Source of the DNA: the human T2T-CHM13v2.0 reference genome, Homo sapiens
NCBI RefSeq assembly: GCF_009914755.1
Contig: NC_060929.1
Strand: one strand, 5' to 3'
DNA: 64,000 nucleotides
Part shown: in pieces, positions 41,745 through 56,149 of the stretch
Numbering within the stretch: the first letter of the stretch is position 1
How the letters are laid out: each line of letters starts with the position of its first letter
The notes under the pieces: model-generated
Told to the model about the DNA's origin: nothing
What the model saw: only the letters and a program-made list of their open reading frames with translations
Database searches by the model: none
Translations under genes and position numbers: made by a program

Positions 41745-42042
41745 GGTTGTTGTTGTATGTGTGTTTTTCTGTTTTTAGACAGAGTCTCATTCTGTTGCCC
41801 AGGCTGGAGTACAGTGGCTGCAGGCTCGACCTGCCTAGGCTCAGATGATCCTTCCACCTCAGCCTTCTAAGTAGCTGGGACTATAGGCACGTGCCACCAC
41901 GCCTGGCTAGTTTCCGTATTTTTTGTAGAGGCAGAGTTTTGCCTTATTGTCCAGGCTGGTCTCAAACTCCTGGGCCTAAGCAATCTGCCCACCTCAGCCT
42001 CCCAAAGTGCAAGGATTATAGGCATGAGCCACTGCGCACGAC
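41745..42042 (-). mobile_element. AluJ SINE
   Basis: Antisense Alu with J-type CCTGGGC(C)TAAGCAATC motif, decayed tail and TSD core GCATATGA on both sides. Confidence 0.88.
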
Positions 42043-42289
42043 AAGCATATGACATTTTATAAAACTTCCGATTGCATTAAAATCAGTAAGAGTAGAATTA
42101 GTTGCGAGGCTTTTTTACTTCATTCTACAAACAGACTAAAATGTTGTACTGGTTATAGGGAACTGCAGAGCTGTTTAAGACATAGCCTTTCTCTGATATA
42201 TGTAAACATAGAGCTCTTATTTGGATTCTGATTTGTTTATGGGAAGCCCAGGTCTCTGGATTCAGGAATGATACCTTTCTGACACAAAT

Positions 42290-42800
42290 TTTGTCCTGTA
42301 GATGTCTACTATCCTGCTGCAATGACTTCTGACACCAACAATCTAGAATTAGGCTTCACAGATTGAGAGCACAGTCCTCCACAAGACTGCCCTCACTTTA
42401 GACACAAGCTGCAAGTTCAGGGTCACCAGACCACCTGCACTTATGACCAGCTGGCTACAAATCTGAGAGTTCCCATTACCTTCTCAGGTTAGAAAATTTG
42501 CTAGAATGACTTGAAGAACTCAGCAAAGTGCTATACTTAGGATTACAGTTTTATATAGCAAAGGATACAAATCAGAACCAGCCAAAAGCCAAAAGAAGAC
42601 CTGCCCAAGGAGAGGTCTGAGAGGGTCCCAAATGCAAAGTTTTGTGTCCTCAAGGATATGTCATTCTCCCAGCACATCAATGTGTGACAATAGGCAGCAT
42701 AATGCCATCAGGGAAGCATGCCCAAGCTTTAATGTCCAGAGTTTTGTTTGTTTGTTAGTTTCATTGTGTAGGCATGATTGCTTGAGTCATTGTCCACACG
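42290..42800 (-). mobile_element. MER21-like LTR fragment
   Basis: TTCTGACACCAAC...CCACAAGACTGCCCTCACTT...AATTTGCTAGAATGACT...AAAGGATACAAATCAGAAC. Confidence 0.7.
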
Positions 42801-44339
42801 GCTAGTGTTTGGATAACAAAGCTCCCAATTCCCAAGATTGCCTGGAATGTCTAAAGCTTTGGTGTTGATCTCATCTAAGATCTGTAGTTTTCTGTCCCTC
42901 ACTGATGACCCTGATCATTTAATTTCCTAAATAGACCACTAGGCAAACCCTTAGTCTGCACTTACAGTGGAGAGAAAATTCCCTTAGCTTCATTTGTGAA
43001 CTGCTGATATTTTTCTTACTCTAGTTCAGCTGAGAATCTCTCCTCCTTCCAAAATACTGAGAGGGAAAAAGTGTATGTTTTCAGGGAAGTGGTGCAGAAT
43101 GGGTCATGGTGTGGGGTGGAAGCATTGGAAGCACCAAGAAATACAAACATCTATCTCTGGAGTCAGACTTCCTATTTGTTTGTTTGTTTGTTTAGCACTC
43201 CCTCTAGTGACACCAGAATTCCCTCAGGTTACAATTGGAACACAAAGTAGCACATGATAAGCATCTTTAAAGAAGTTTAAGGCACTACGTGGTTAGAGAG
43301 AGGAGGCATTGTTTCCATTTGGAAGTAGCAGATGACCTAAGACTTGGAAGATGATTGTAGCCTGGAAATGTGAAAATAGAAAGAGAAACAAACACACTAG
43401 CTAAGACCTGGAAGGAAAGAGAATCAGGCAAACAAAGAGTTGACCAATGTGATTGAGATTTGAGCTCATAAGGAGGAATCATGGGGGATATGTAGGAAAA
43501 GGTTCTAAATTTCAGGATCCATGAAGGGCCAGGCCAGGCATGATGGAGCCAGCGATCTAGGTTCTATTGATTCCGAAACATTTTGCTTTGTTCTTCTACT
43601 TCTGAGGCTCATGGGTCCAATCCTATTCCTTCCCCATCCACTGAGCAGGCACATATGCAAACTGTCACAGGCAGATGGGTGTTTACCCAGTGATCTCAAA
43701 GCTCCTTAGGGAAGAAAGTACCATCTGATCATGTGCTGCCTGTGAGTCCATGCTTTGGGTCTGTATCTGGGCCTTCTTCATTTGTGAGAAAAAGTTGTAA
43801 AAAATAGGGCACTGATAACATTTGGCCATTCCCAAATACTGACTTAAATATGAAAAACAAGGTTTCACAGACTTTACTCGAAATGCTTCTCATGTCTCTG
43901 CAGAGAAAAAGTGGCCAACTTAATTCTGTTTTGATTTTCCCTGATGTGTGAGATGATCTGTGGGCTAGATTTCCAGAGTCACAGTTGTGCCAAACCCCAT
44001 TAGTGTTTAAGGCATACTCATGCCCAAGTATGGATTGCTCATGTTTTGTGTTGACCATGCGCCTGAGTCCAACTGTCCAATCCAGGGCAGACTCCTCGCC
44101 AGGGCTCTAACAGACACAACATAGACTAGCATTATGTGATGTATAAACAATTTTGCCTAAAATGACAGCATGTGAATAGCTCAGCTGGTAGATTTGTGAG
44201 CAGGAAATATGATGTAGCATGAATGGCTGCTCCTAAAATCACAATCTAATTGTTTCCTGCCAGCTCTAATCCCAGCCTCTAAAGCAAGGACAAGGAGGTG
44301 CTTAACTCTTCTTTGGAGCTTCTAAGTTCCGCTGTCTTC

Positions 44340-44600
44340 TAGAGAGAGATCTATAAAGAATGATGAGATAGAAAAGAGAATAGAGACTAAAGAAAAGGAA
44401 GGAAGGAAGGAAGGAAAGAAGGAAGGAAGAAGAGGGAGGGAGAAAGGGAGGAGGGGAGGGGTGGAAAGAAGGAAGGCAGGAAGGAAAGAATGGAGGGATG
44501 GAGGGATGGAAACAGTTAATGGGAGATAGAGACTCAGAAGGAAATACAATGGTAGAAAGAGGCAGGAGGAAGAGACTGGAAGGTGAACGGGAAAGGACAC
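44340..44600. repeat. GA-rich low-complexity tract with (GGAA)n
   Basis: Nearly pure purine strand. Confidence 0.9.
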
Positions 44601-45020
44601 AGGTGGGAGCAACAGTGGGGAAAGCTCCTAAGGATAAGGGCCACCACTCAAGAAGGTCAAATGAGGCTTACCATCTGGTTTACATGGCATCCATTATCTA
44701 ATGTCTGTTTCAGAGGAAACTTCGGGGAGCCCACATTTTCTGTGGCATTGAGAAAGTTTGGGTAGATTGTCTGCCTACCTATCACCTAGTGTGGTTATGC
44801 TTAAATCATTCCAATCCCGTGAACTATCTGCTAATGTTGATTTAAGAGGGTCAACACCTGACACTGTGCTAAAGTCTGGGTGTTTGTATTGGGCTTAAAT
44901 GCAGAGATTCTAGAACTGTAATCTGCACATCTACTCCTTGATTCTGCTGGCCTGGATATAGTTCAGCTCCACAACACTCAAGAAACTCGGTTACGGAATG
45001 TCAATATCTATGTCTTGTTA

Positions 45021-45076
45021 GTGTGTGTGTGTGTGGTGTGTGTGTGTGTGTGTGCGTGTGCGCACATGCGCATGTG
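45021..45076. repeat. (GT)n microsatellite ending in alternating GC/AT dinucleotides
   Basis: GT run then GCGTGTGCGCACATGCGCATGTG. Confidence 0.9.
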
Positions 45077-45829
45077 TTTTATTTGTATTATTTCTCCTTT
45101 CCCTTTGTGTTCCTCCTTCTGCAAGAAGCCACAGTCCCCAAAACCTGTGTCCTATGTATTAGCTGCCTGATAAATCCTTGTTATATGAATGAAGTTTTAT
45201 CTCATGTAGAGTTTTTTATCTACTCACTGAGGTCTACATACATTTATTTATTCATTTTAACAAACACTACCGAGCACTTTCTTTGTGCCAGATAGTGTTC
45301 ATAGAGGGTGGAAAAGATCTGTCTCCACAGACTCACAGTCTAGTGAGTTTGGGCTCAAGATATCTCATTGGTTGCTTCTCTCTGCTTTCATTATTTATTT
45401 ATATAGACTCATTTACTATATAGAGACACTCTCAAAATAATTCTATTTCCATGTTTAAAATCTTTAAAAAAAATCTCTCAGTGTCCTTGTGAGGATGGAT
45501 GATCGTGAGGATTAAGTGTGGTAGAGTGAGTAAAGCACCTTACATACCATGTGTGCTCAGCAAATGCTAGTTCTCTTCCACTTTAAGAGGGAAAAATAGT
45601 ACTATTGTATTAGGACAAAAATCACGGTCCTCCAGCAGTTAGGGCTGAGGATGGGCTCCACTTACAAGTCATGTGATCTTAACCTTTGTAGTTTCCTCAT
45701 CTGTAAAGGTGGGATGAGGTAAGCATGTAAAGTTCTTACCACAGTCACAGGTGGTAGCAAGAATTCAGATACTACTCTTCATACTGGGATAATTCAATCC
45801 CAGTGTGGGATAGTCCCAGACTTGGATTG

Positions 45830-46215
45830 TCATCTGGATGATCTAAGCAAAGATATTGACAGGCTAGAATGCTAGGCTGAAATTATTAAGAAGAAATTAA
45901 ACAGGATTGCTTGTAAAAATCTACACTCAGATTTAAAATAATTACTCATTCTAATGGGGAGTGGGGGCTTGGAAGTGGTGAGAAGGTCTAGGAGTTGTTG
46001 ATTGATTAAAGTCAATAGTTGATTGATTAGAGATTTGGCCTCTAATATAATGAGATCTCCTGGACTGCATTCACAGACGATGATTCCAGAAAAGAGAAAT
46101 AATTTATGTCACATATTCCCCAAATTACAACATAAATTATTGTGTTCAGTTCTGACAAAAAAAATGTGGACAGACTAAGAACATCCAGAAGAGGGAGACC
46201 CAAGGGCTACAACAT
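45830..46215 (+). mobile_element. L3/CR1 LINE fragment, 5' part (continues at about 48150-48490)
   Basis: AAAGATATTGACAGGCTAGAATGCTAGGCTGAA reads KDIDRLEC*AE, like CR1 ORF2 DLDRLE.WAE; also TATTGTGTTCAGTTCTG and CCAGAAGAGGG. Confidence 0.7.
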
Positions 46216-46249
46216 CTGGACGCCTGCTCTTCTGTGAAACAGTATCGCA

Positions 46250-46393
46250 CGTTTTAAAAGCATGGCTTCAGAGCCAGATAGACTTGGGTTCTAGCATCGG
46301 ATGCGCCTCTAACTATATAAGTCATCCTGAACAAATCATCTAACTTCTCTAATTCTTTCATCTATTAAATGGATGTTAAATAAGATAATGCAT
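46250..46393 (+). mobile_element. MIR 5' part (resumes at about 48081-48135)
   Basis: GAGCCAGATAGACTTGGGTTC...TCATCTATTAAATGG...TTAAATAAGATAATGCAT; the 3' remainder with CACTCAATAAAT follows the provirus. Confidence 0.7.
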
Positions 46394-48080
46394 TGTATTT
46401 ATTAAAGTAGAAGTAACTGCCGTAACAGATAAAACTTCTCACTGACCCAATGCAATTAAAGTTTATTTCTTGCCCATATCACAGTCCAATATGGGTGTTC
46501 CTGTTAGATGGCCTTCCATGAGGTCATTCAGGGACCCGGGATCCTTCTATCTTATGAACTGCAGATGAAGAGAGTTCACCTTCTTTTTAACCTCTTCAGC
46601 AGGAAAGTGACATAGCCCATTTCCACTTACATTCTATTGACAAGAATTCAGCCCTTTGGGAACACTGAAATGCGGGGATTCTGGAAACTATACTCTGTGC
46701 CTAGGAGGAAAGAAAATGAGTTTTAGTGAGCACGTAGAAATCTGTATCACAGTCCAGCATTCTGGTTACTGGCTACCCATTTCCTTCTTCCTCCACACTC
46801 ACCTCTTTCCCAAAGGAGACAATGCCAAGTTCCATCCAGTAACTGCATCTGGCTCGAAGTCCAGGATCTCTAGGTAAACCCGAATTCTTTCCATCGGGTA
46901 TAGAAGATGGAAACAATGGCCTTGCTTGTGATGAGAAACTCTGCCTATGGTTCTCCATGGCTACTGGCACCACCCTCTGGGGAATCGTCCTGGTCTATTT
47001 GTTAGCCTCCACGAATACACCTGAATTGGGAGTTGAGTATGCCTCCTTTGCAGGCTGTTCAGCTTCTTAATGGTGTAAGTCTGGGGGCCTGAAAGTTGGT
47101 TTAAGGTTTAAATGGTCAGAGGGGTTTTGGGTTTTGTTTTTTGGTCCAGGTTCCGAGTTTCTTTGACAATAGAATGTTATCTTAAACTTAGGAGGCTTCT
47201 CATTTGTTTGCTTCAGTCAGTTCCTTGTGCTCACAACCACACACAAGGTTTTTCTTAGATATTATTCTCAAGCCTTCATATTCCTTTGCCTTGTTGTCTC
47301 CTTACCTCCCTATTAATTAAATGGCAGCTTTGTTGAGGTCACAGAATGTGACCTTTAATCTGGTTTTTACTCTAGAGCAGCATCACTTTGTTTAACTGAC
47401 AAGTCTTACTGGGCCATTATCACCAAAGCATTCTTTGCACTCTTGGATTACAAAGCATTTCTTACTCTTTGGAGGCCCAGAAAAAATTGACCCTTTCAAG
47501 TTTGTAAGATTCTTTCTTTGTTCCTGCCCAACCTTGCTTGAAAATTGGCCAATTCTTTTCTGAGCTCATCTCTTTCTTGTAATACTGTGCTAAAGCCAGC
47601 CAGTAGCTAATATGCAACATCACTCTGACCCTTTCTACTAATTCCAGAGCTTCTGGGACTAGCTGCCAAGCCATTGCCACACATTTCAGGTTTTTGTAAT
47701 GGCAGCATCTGACTTCCACTACCAATTTCTGTATTAGTTAAGGCAACACCAGTTGGTGTACAGAAACTTTAAATTCTCAGTGGTTTAACATGGAAATTTT
47801 ATTTCTTACTCACATGAGAGTCTAATGCAGATGTCTAAGTGGGGTGGCCTTCTATGTAAAGGGGCCCAGGCTCCCCCTATCTTTTTTGTCTCCACCCACC
47901 TCTTGATCCTCAGCTGGCAGGTGGCAAAGCCATGCTGCTACCTGAGGAAGACAATTCTACTTCCTCACTGCTTCCACTTGCTTTCTGTTGGCGAGAACTC
48001 AGTCATGAGGTATAGTCTAATTGTGTGCCCAGGAAGGAAAGGAAATGGGTTTTGATGAACTCATAGCAGCCCCAGCCACA
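46394..48080 (-). mobile_element. Two-LTR MaLR provirus (MLT1J-like LTR-internal-LTR)
   Basis: Related LTRs at 46394-46751 and 47730-48080 (TGTATT...CACA, sharing TTTATTTCTT, TCTGTGCC(T/C)AGGA and TTTT(A)G(A)TGA motifs); about 1 kb internal region starting GAAATTGGTAGTGGAAG on the - strand. Confidence 0.75.
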
Positions 48081-48149
48081 TGTGTAACACACTTTGCTCA
48101 CAACACTCAATAAATACACTTGGTGTTCTTGTTACTGAATGTCCATTGG

Positions 48150-48490
48150 AAATAATAGATGAAGGAAGTGATGTATAGTTCTAGGCTGCAATAAAGAGGA
48201 CTTAGCAAAAACGTGACAGAAACTTCTAAATGTAATGTAAAAGAGGAATTGGACTTATTCTGTGTAGCTCCAGAGGACAAGACTGGGAGCAGCCAGTGAA
48301 TGAGGCAGTTTTCCATTGAAGGTGAGAACTTTTTTATAATTAGGAACGAATCCCACATACAGTGTTGCTTTAAAGATAGGAAGTGCTGGGTCACTGGGAG
48401 CACAAAGGCAGAGGCTGCCATCACATATCTTAGAAGGAAGATTCCTGCCTGAGAGAACACCATAGGATTCCTTAGGTCTCTTTGAATATT
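48150..48490 (+). mobile_element. L3/CR1 LINE 3' part
   Basis: GACTTATTCTGTGTAGCTCCAGAGGACAAGACT...GAACTTT...GTCACTGG...AGGCAGAGGCTG. Confidence 0.65.
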
Positions 48491-48699
48491 AATATTTCAT
48501 TTTCCGTATGAAATGGTGGAGAGAAACGACCCTTTGACTGGTGATATCTGCAGCAATGTGTTGACCTCTGAGACTATCTCCCCTCAGTTAATAACTACAG
48601 TTTTTGCCTTTGGGAGTATTTACTAACTCTATGTTCATATGCTACCCCAGTAAAATCTCCAAGTGAGCTTCCTTAAACCCCACTGTGAAGTTAGTTACT

Positions 48700-48980
48700 G
48701 CAGGAAATGGACTCATCTATTATACTACTGCCCACCCAATTGTTCAGTCTTGAAACCTGGGAGGTATCCTTGAATCCTCTGACTTATTCACTGTCACATC
48801 TGACCAATCACAAAGTACTTGCTCTTCTATTTTCTAAATATTCTCCAAATCCGTCCACTTCTTTTCATTCTCACTTCTATCACCCCGGTAGAGGCTACTA
48901 TGATTTTTCATCGGCATCATCTCATGCTTCTCTCTCACCCATTTTTCACACGGGAGCCAGAATAAGCCTTTCAATCTGCA
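48700..48980 (+). mobile_element. L2 fragment
   Basis: GAAACCTGGGAGGTATCCTTGA...CAATCACAAAGT...CCATTTTTCACAC. Confidence 0.6.
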
Positions 48981-49719
48981 TACGTGATATGAATTATAGT
49001 CACAATGTCCGCAGTGCAGGAAATATCCCAGCTCTTTATTTTTCATGTATCACTTTTCTCTTGATTTTGAAGCCCTATTTCTCCAGGCTGAAGGAAACTT
49101 GATCATCAGATATTCTTAGGGTTTTCCTGACTCCCTGGAATTGTGGCTTCCAAGGTCTCGTGTGATCAGGCTTGGGGGTCAGCTGGGGAGGCCTCTGGAC
49201 ATCCATTGCCCTGTGTGCATTTCTATTTTAGGAGTGATGCAGAGTCTCGGGGTGCTCCCTTCTCAGGCTGCTGCTGAGAGGTAGTCCCGTAGACCCCCAT
49301 TCTAGGACCCACAGACCACTCCCCCATCTTCTGTCACTCCAGAGGAACTTATTTTTCTGATCTGGAGGGGAGCCCCTATCTCTGCCCTTCTTCCCACAAT
49401 TCTTTCTAATTCATTTGCAAATCTCCAAGTTCACTCTTAAGTGCTTAGGCTTTTGAAAATAAAAACCAGAAACTCTTACATGGTATATCTTACTGCTCTC
49501 CCACATACCTCTCCTAAAGTAATGGAAAGTGCAGTCAAATATCTATTTGGAAGGGAAAAAGATAAAGAAAATGCGGGAAAGAAGAAAAAACCACTTAAAC
49601 TGTTCCAAAAGCCTGTCAGGCCCCAGGTGTAAATCTGCCGTCACTCACCACTTCCTTGCTTCCTATTGCCCTTGGCATCTCTCATGGTCTTTGGGCCACC
49701 GCATGATGTTATCCCTGCC

Positions 49720-50095
49720 CACCTCTGCAGCTCCTCTGCCCACCCCCCTCTGCTCCTTGCACACTGAACCGCATTGGGTTCTTCAAATACCTTGTTTCTA
49801 GGCCTGGATTGCTCTTCCCTCACCCACTCCTTGCCCAACTGCTATCTAAGTTCCAGGAATGATTTCAATATGGCCCCAACAAGGTCTGATCTCCTGTTCT
49901 GTGACCTCACACAGCACCTGTACTTCTCCTTCCCTGGACTTCATGCTACAAACTACTTGCTGTGAGCTATTCAGTGTCTGCAGGTTCTGTACGGTGGTGA
50001 TGGCGTCTGTCTTATTACTGCTCTATTCCAGCCATTAGTGTGGGGTCTAGGCTGCTCCAGGAGCACTGTCTCGGTGCATCTTACTATTGGGCAAT
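49720..50095 (+). mobile_element. L2 3' fragment
   Basis: Degenerate pyrimidine-rich L2 3' sequence ending near CCAGGAGCACTGTCTCGGTGCAT. Confidence 0.45.
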
Positions 50096-51311
50096 TTGGT
50101 GCACAGAAGGGCTGGAGTGGGCACGTGTGTGTGTGTGTGGTTAAATTTGCATTTAAACTAAGCTCATCTATGAAACATTCTATAGATACCATTATCATCA
50201 TCCTTACTACAGATTTGCTTTTCATTCAGAATATTCTCGTATTTATTCTTGGACTTCTTCCTACAAATGTCTGCACATTCTAGTTTCTGTGGGAGCCAAA
50301 GGGAAGAGGGACAGGGGTGAGAAACCACATTTTTGAGAAACCTGATTCACAGCAGAAATGGGCCCTGGCAGCGCAGGGCTCTGGGAGCAAGGACATCGCA
50401 GCTATACTACTTTTAGGGGATGTATATTTGTTTTTAGCACATTGGAAGATTGCTTTAGAACCCCACCTCCCCAACATATGAAAAAAAGAAAAGAAATGAA
50501 AGAAAAGAAACAGGAAATGAAAAATCAGCAGAAAGAAGGTCAGACAAAGTTTCAAAGAGTCCAACATCAATATTTTTTTTAAAGGAGGAAAAAAAGCCAA
50601 CTTTTTTTAAATGAAAAGAAAACCCTGTTTTATTAACTGATGATAGCTTTATGACAGTTGTATGATCTGGTCTATAATTTCTAAGTCATTCTTGAACTTG
50701 TCCCGCTGGAATCTCCCTTACAGTTGCTCAGGAACTAAAGCTGAACGTCATGATTTCTATGCTAAAAACTAACATCCAGGGCTCCTGGCACAGTTATGTT
50801 CACATGGACAAGCAGATGTGAAATGTGTGCACAAGGACATTCCCATACCCTGGTGTCATACTCTTCCCGGGAAACATATAACATAATGGTGCAAAAACAA
50901 AATAAAATTACTCTGGTCCCACCGCATAAATAATGCTTTAGTACTGCCAAGAGACGTTGTCTCTCTCTCTTTTTTTCCCCTTCAGATCTTTAATGAGTTC
51001 CTTTTCTACACTAAACACTGGGTCAAGCCCTAGATATTTTCAAAACTGAACATGGAAATGCTGAATTTGGAAAAGAACAGTGCAATCATATTATGATGTG
51101 ATTTCCCTAAAAACGGGGACACTGGGAGAGGGAATCCTCTGAAAATTATAAAATTATACATTGCAGCCTTGAGATCATTTCTTCTCATATGGCAGATTCA
51201 TGAGTGCTCACTATGGTAGGGACAAAAATTCTACTTAAATAAAATGATTATGGACTTTATTTAAATAGTCTTGTAAATAAATATGAAAAATGCACCAGCA
51301 TTTTACTCTCA

Positions 51312-51722
<411 letters not shown>

Positions 51723-52665
51723 TTAATGCAATATTATGCAGCCATTTAAAATAAGGTTTACAAAGAATTAATAAATCCTTGGAGAGTTGTCATGTTGTAA
51801 TGTTAAATTAAAATGTAAAGTTTTAAATACAGTGTGATCAGAAACATTCATAAACCAATAACCATGAATACAGAAAAGAGCAGAGACAAATTGGCCAACA
51901 TTGAAACTGTGTTGCTTTGGGGATGTTTGAATTATGCATAATTTTTGCCTCTACTTTCCTATACATTATAATGTATAGTAAATATTACAAATGTGTACAT
52001 TTTTAATGTTTACAGTGAAGGGGAAAATCTTTATTTTTTAACAGAGAATGGTCTTTAACCTAATCTTTTCTTCACTCATCTATTGGAGATACTTGACTGT
52101 TAGATTAATGATTTTGACCACTCATCTGCCAAAAATTGTTATTTCAAAAGTTAAAGAGCAAAATATTAACAATATAAAAATAATAAAATATTTATTTCTT
52201 CTATTCATGCTACCCTGGTTAAATAATAACCATTTATTTTTCAAAAGAAAAGAAATCTTAGTGGTAGCTTCAATCTGGAGTGCTGGACCTGAATTGTACA
52301 TTTACTGATGGAGAACTTTCTATCTGTTTTACTTGACTTTTATCTGTCTTACAGATAAAAGAAACAAGGTCAGCCAGCATGATTATAATAAAGACTTAAA
52401 GATCACAACAATAACATCAAAAAACCCCAAATTCTACTTGTTATTTGCCAGATAATTTTCAAATAATTTCTATACAACTGCTCACTTAATACCATCAAGT
52501 CTATAGGATTGTTTCCATTTTATAGGTGGAAAGATGGCATCACAGTGTACAAGTCGTCAGGCTTCCAGAGGAACTCCATTTATAATAACACTATCCAATT
52601 TTTTCTAAATAGCATGCAAACATGTGTTGTTACTACATTATAGAAGCAGAACATACTTGGTTTTA

Positions 52666-53230
<565 letters not shown>

Positions 53231-56149
53231 GTTGTGAGTTGGACTGATTAAGATGTAGAGACACATGGAAAGGCTGCAAGCTTCCAGCAAAGTCGGGAAG
53301 AATTTCAAGAATTTCCACACAAAGAAGGAGTCCTTTCCAGACTTGGCTCTACACATGTTACAGGTCTCATTTTATGTAGATGAAATGTTTTCATTAAAAC
53401 TTGGCTGGTTTTGCACGTGAAGATGTGAAGTCCTTTGAACTAAGGCATCATTTGACTTTGGCTTTAGAAAAAAAAAAGAGAGGTAAGAATAGCTTACTTT
53501 TGATAGAAAGACTTATGTATGATTGTGTGCTGTCATTTGAGATCACCATGTACAGAGGAAGTTGTAGGATGAAACTACATGGGAATTGGGGCAAAGCAGA
53601 GGATTCTTGTCCCAAGAGGGTGACACTTGGTTAAGACCCCCCTTTTCCATGATAACTATGGCAAAGTGGAGTGGAAGAACAGGCAGGTGCATCTTGAATG
53701 TGTGGCCTCAAATCAACATGAAAAGTAAAGGGGTTGCATGGGGTATAGGGAGGCTCAAGAGAGAGCAGCATCGAGTATCAGGCTAGACATCCCAATTTCT
53801 AAACTGCATCTTCTTGAGACACTCTGTAAGTAAGGCACAACTATCCCAGCTTCATGGCTTGTGTGCTCTCAGGACTAAAGGCAAGGGCTGGACTAAAGGG
53901 CTCACTGAGGTCCGCTTGACCTCTAAACATTATGAGCCTTCTTTTCCTGTCAATGCCACTGCCAAACACCTGGCAGACAAAACGTCCCTAGAGGTCTCTT
54001 TGTTAACTCCCAGGATGTGGAGAAAATGATCACATCTGTTTAACAGCATATGAGAATGCCTTGTTTTCAGTCATCTGGCTGTGACCTAGAATGGCGGGGA
54101 GGGCTGGATTATTTTATATTTCTGAATGATCCCAAAATTTGTTGTTCATCTGGCACAGCTGAAGTCTGGGCTACAGCCATTCCTTTACCTTTCATTCTGT
54201 GCTCCTGGGTGGAGCATTCTCCTCGATGAGACAGAGAGAGTGAGCAGTAGCAGCAGGGAAAGGAGTTGGCTCCTAGCCCCAAGTGGAATATGTCCCAATT
54301 CTGCTTCCAACCTATAGATCCAAGAATTTTGGAAATAGATGAAACAGGCCCCATGTGAGAGGAACTATTTGAAAGCCAGTTAAATAAATTCATCATTTCC
54401 CCCAACTCTTCCAGGACCCATGCAAAAGTTTGGAATGCTTGGCCATGGTCTTTGCCCATTGAAGTCTCACTTACCTTCAAGAGCTAATTCAGGTGCTCTC
54501 TTCTCCTTGCAGCCTTTTCTGATCCCCACAAGTCAGAATGAGCAGTTTTCTTTTTCATGTGCTCATTCACATGTTCTGCACTGTGTAGGACATGTGTTAC
54601 CGAGGCTGTGTTATACCTACTGACCTCTCCCATAATCCAGGGTAACTGAGCATTCCCCACTCCCACTGGGTCCCCAGTCAGCTTCTGGATAGAAGAAACA
54701 ATGTGACATTTACCTCTGTAACCTGCACGTGGGGCTCAATGGATCTTGTGGAAAGGAAATGCTAGGTTTGTGGAGGTTCTGGTATAAGGGCTATTTTAGC
54801 ATAGAGATTTTCAGTGAATTCTCCCAATAATGGACCTTTTAAGTGAACTGACCTACAGCCTAGAGCCTGGGAAGGCAGACAGAGTGAACCACAGGCTGAG
54901 AGAAAAGCCCAGCCCTCTGGTGTGAATGAACTCTTTCAGTGCCGTACCTCACCGGGGTACCTTCAGGCTCTAAAAAATGTCCTGTTTGATATTGTAAGCT
55001 CCCAAAGGGTGTGGACTGCGACTGCTCTCCTTACTTAAATAGCCCAGTGCCACATGCATGGGGCTATTTAATAAATATTGTTTAATGATGATTGCTCTCC
55101 CAGCATGGGAGTGTGGGGCTCTCAGCGTGCCCCTGGGAGCCATGTGCCGGGCCTGGCCCACCAGACGCAGCACACAGACTGCTCACAGTAAATAATATTT
55201 GCTGAACTCTCCTTTTGGGCAGTGAGATCCTGCACCAACTTTTGTGGGAAGTAATAAGAACATAGAACTCACGATTATTCTCCCTCAAAGCTGCTTACGA
55301 TCTAATATAAATCTTAGACCCAGAGTTTGCAGAAAATGAGGGCAGAGCTGAACAAACAGATCTAGGCAGAAATGACTTTAATAAAAATTATGAAAATCCA
55401 CACAATCGGTCACTGCCTTCAAAGTACTCATATTTTGCTGCTTCATTCTGATGCAGGAAAGCATTTGAAGAACTGACAATGGAAAGTGAGTGTGTGGTGA
55501 AGATTCCTGGTAGGAAGAAAAGCATCACTTTCTAATGTGTGTGTGATTAAGCTTCTCTGTAGGAAGAAAAGCATCTGGAAGGAAGTATCTTTTTCTGTGA
55601 ATTCAATTCTTTCACCTAAAGAGCAATTATAAGACTTTCTATGTTTCTGCTAAAAGTATCTCCATAAAACTCTTCAAAGTCCTGTTTTAAAAAGAAAACT
55701 CACAGGAATAAAGGAGGGTTTACTTGTTTATTTCTTGTGCTCAGAAAAGCCACACGCAGTAAAGCTGATGATCTGGGAGCAGTGGAAGCAAGACTGCTCT
55801 CTGTTGGCTCAGTCACAGGTGAGTCCACTCCAAAAACAAGTCACACACAGTTTTTTTTTTTCCATCTTCCCTAACCTTCAACATTGTTCAAGGTCCTTCA
55901 TGTTTCCCATGTGAATTTAGGAGTCAGAATCTCTGGAAACATTGGTTAGGTTGGCAGAAAGGAACATTAGGAGAGCTTTTTAACAAATCCACCCCAGTTC
56001 CTGGTCAGAACATGCTCTGATGTTCTTCCAAAACTGCTCTTCTGTCCTCTGTATTGAAAGTCTCCCCGCTGAGCCCTGAAACCCTACACTGTGCTATGTG
56101 CTTCACATTCACCAGGTCATTTTATCCTCCCAGGAATCCTTGAGACAGG

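Noticed and set aside
44322-44701. ORFs and triplex potential in purine/pyrimidine tracts (also 60537-60815)
   Set aside because: Low-complexity sequence that is common genome-wide; the ORFs only reflect a lack of stop codons.
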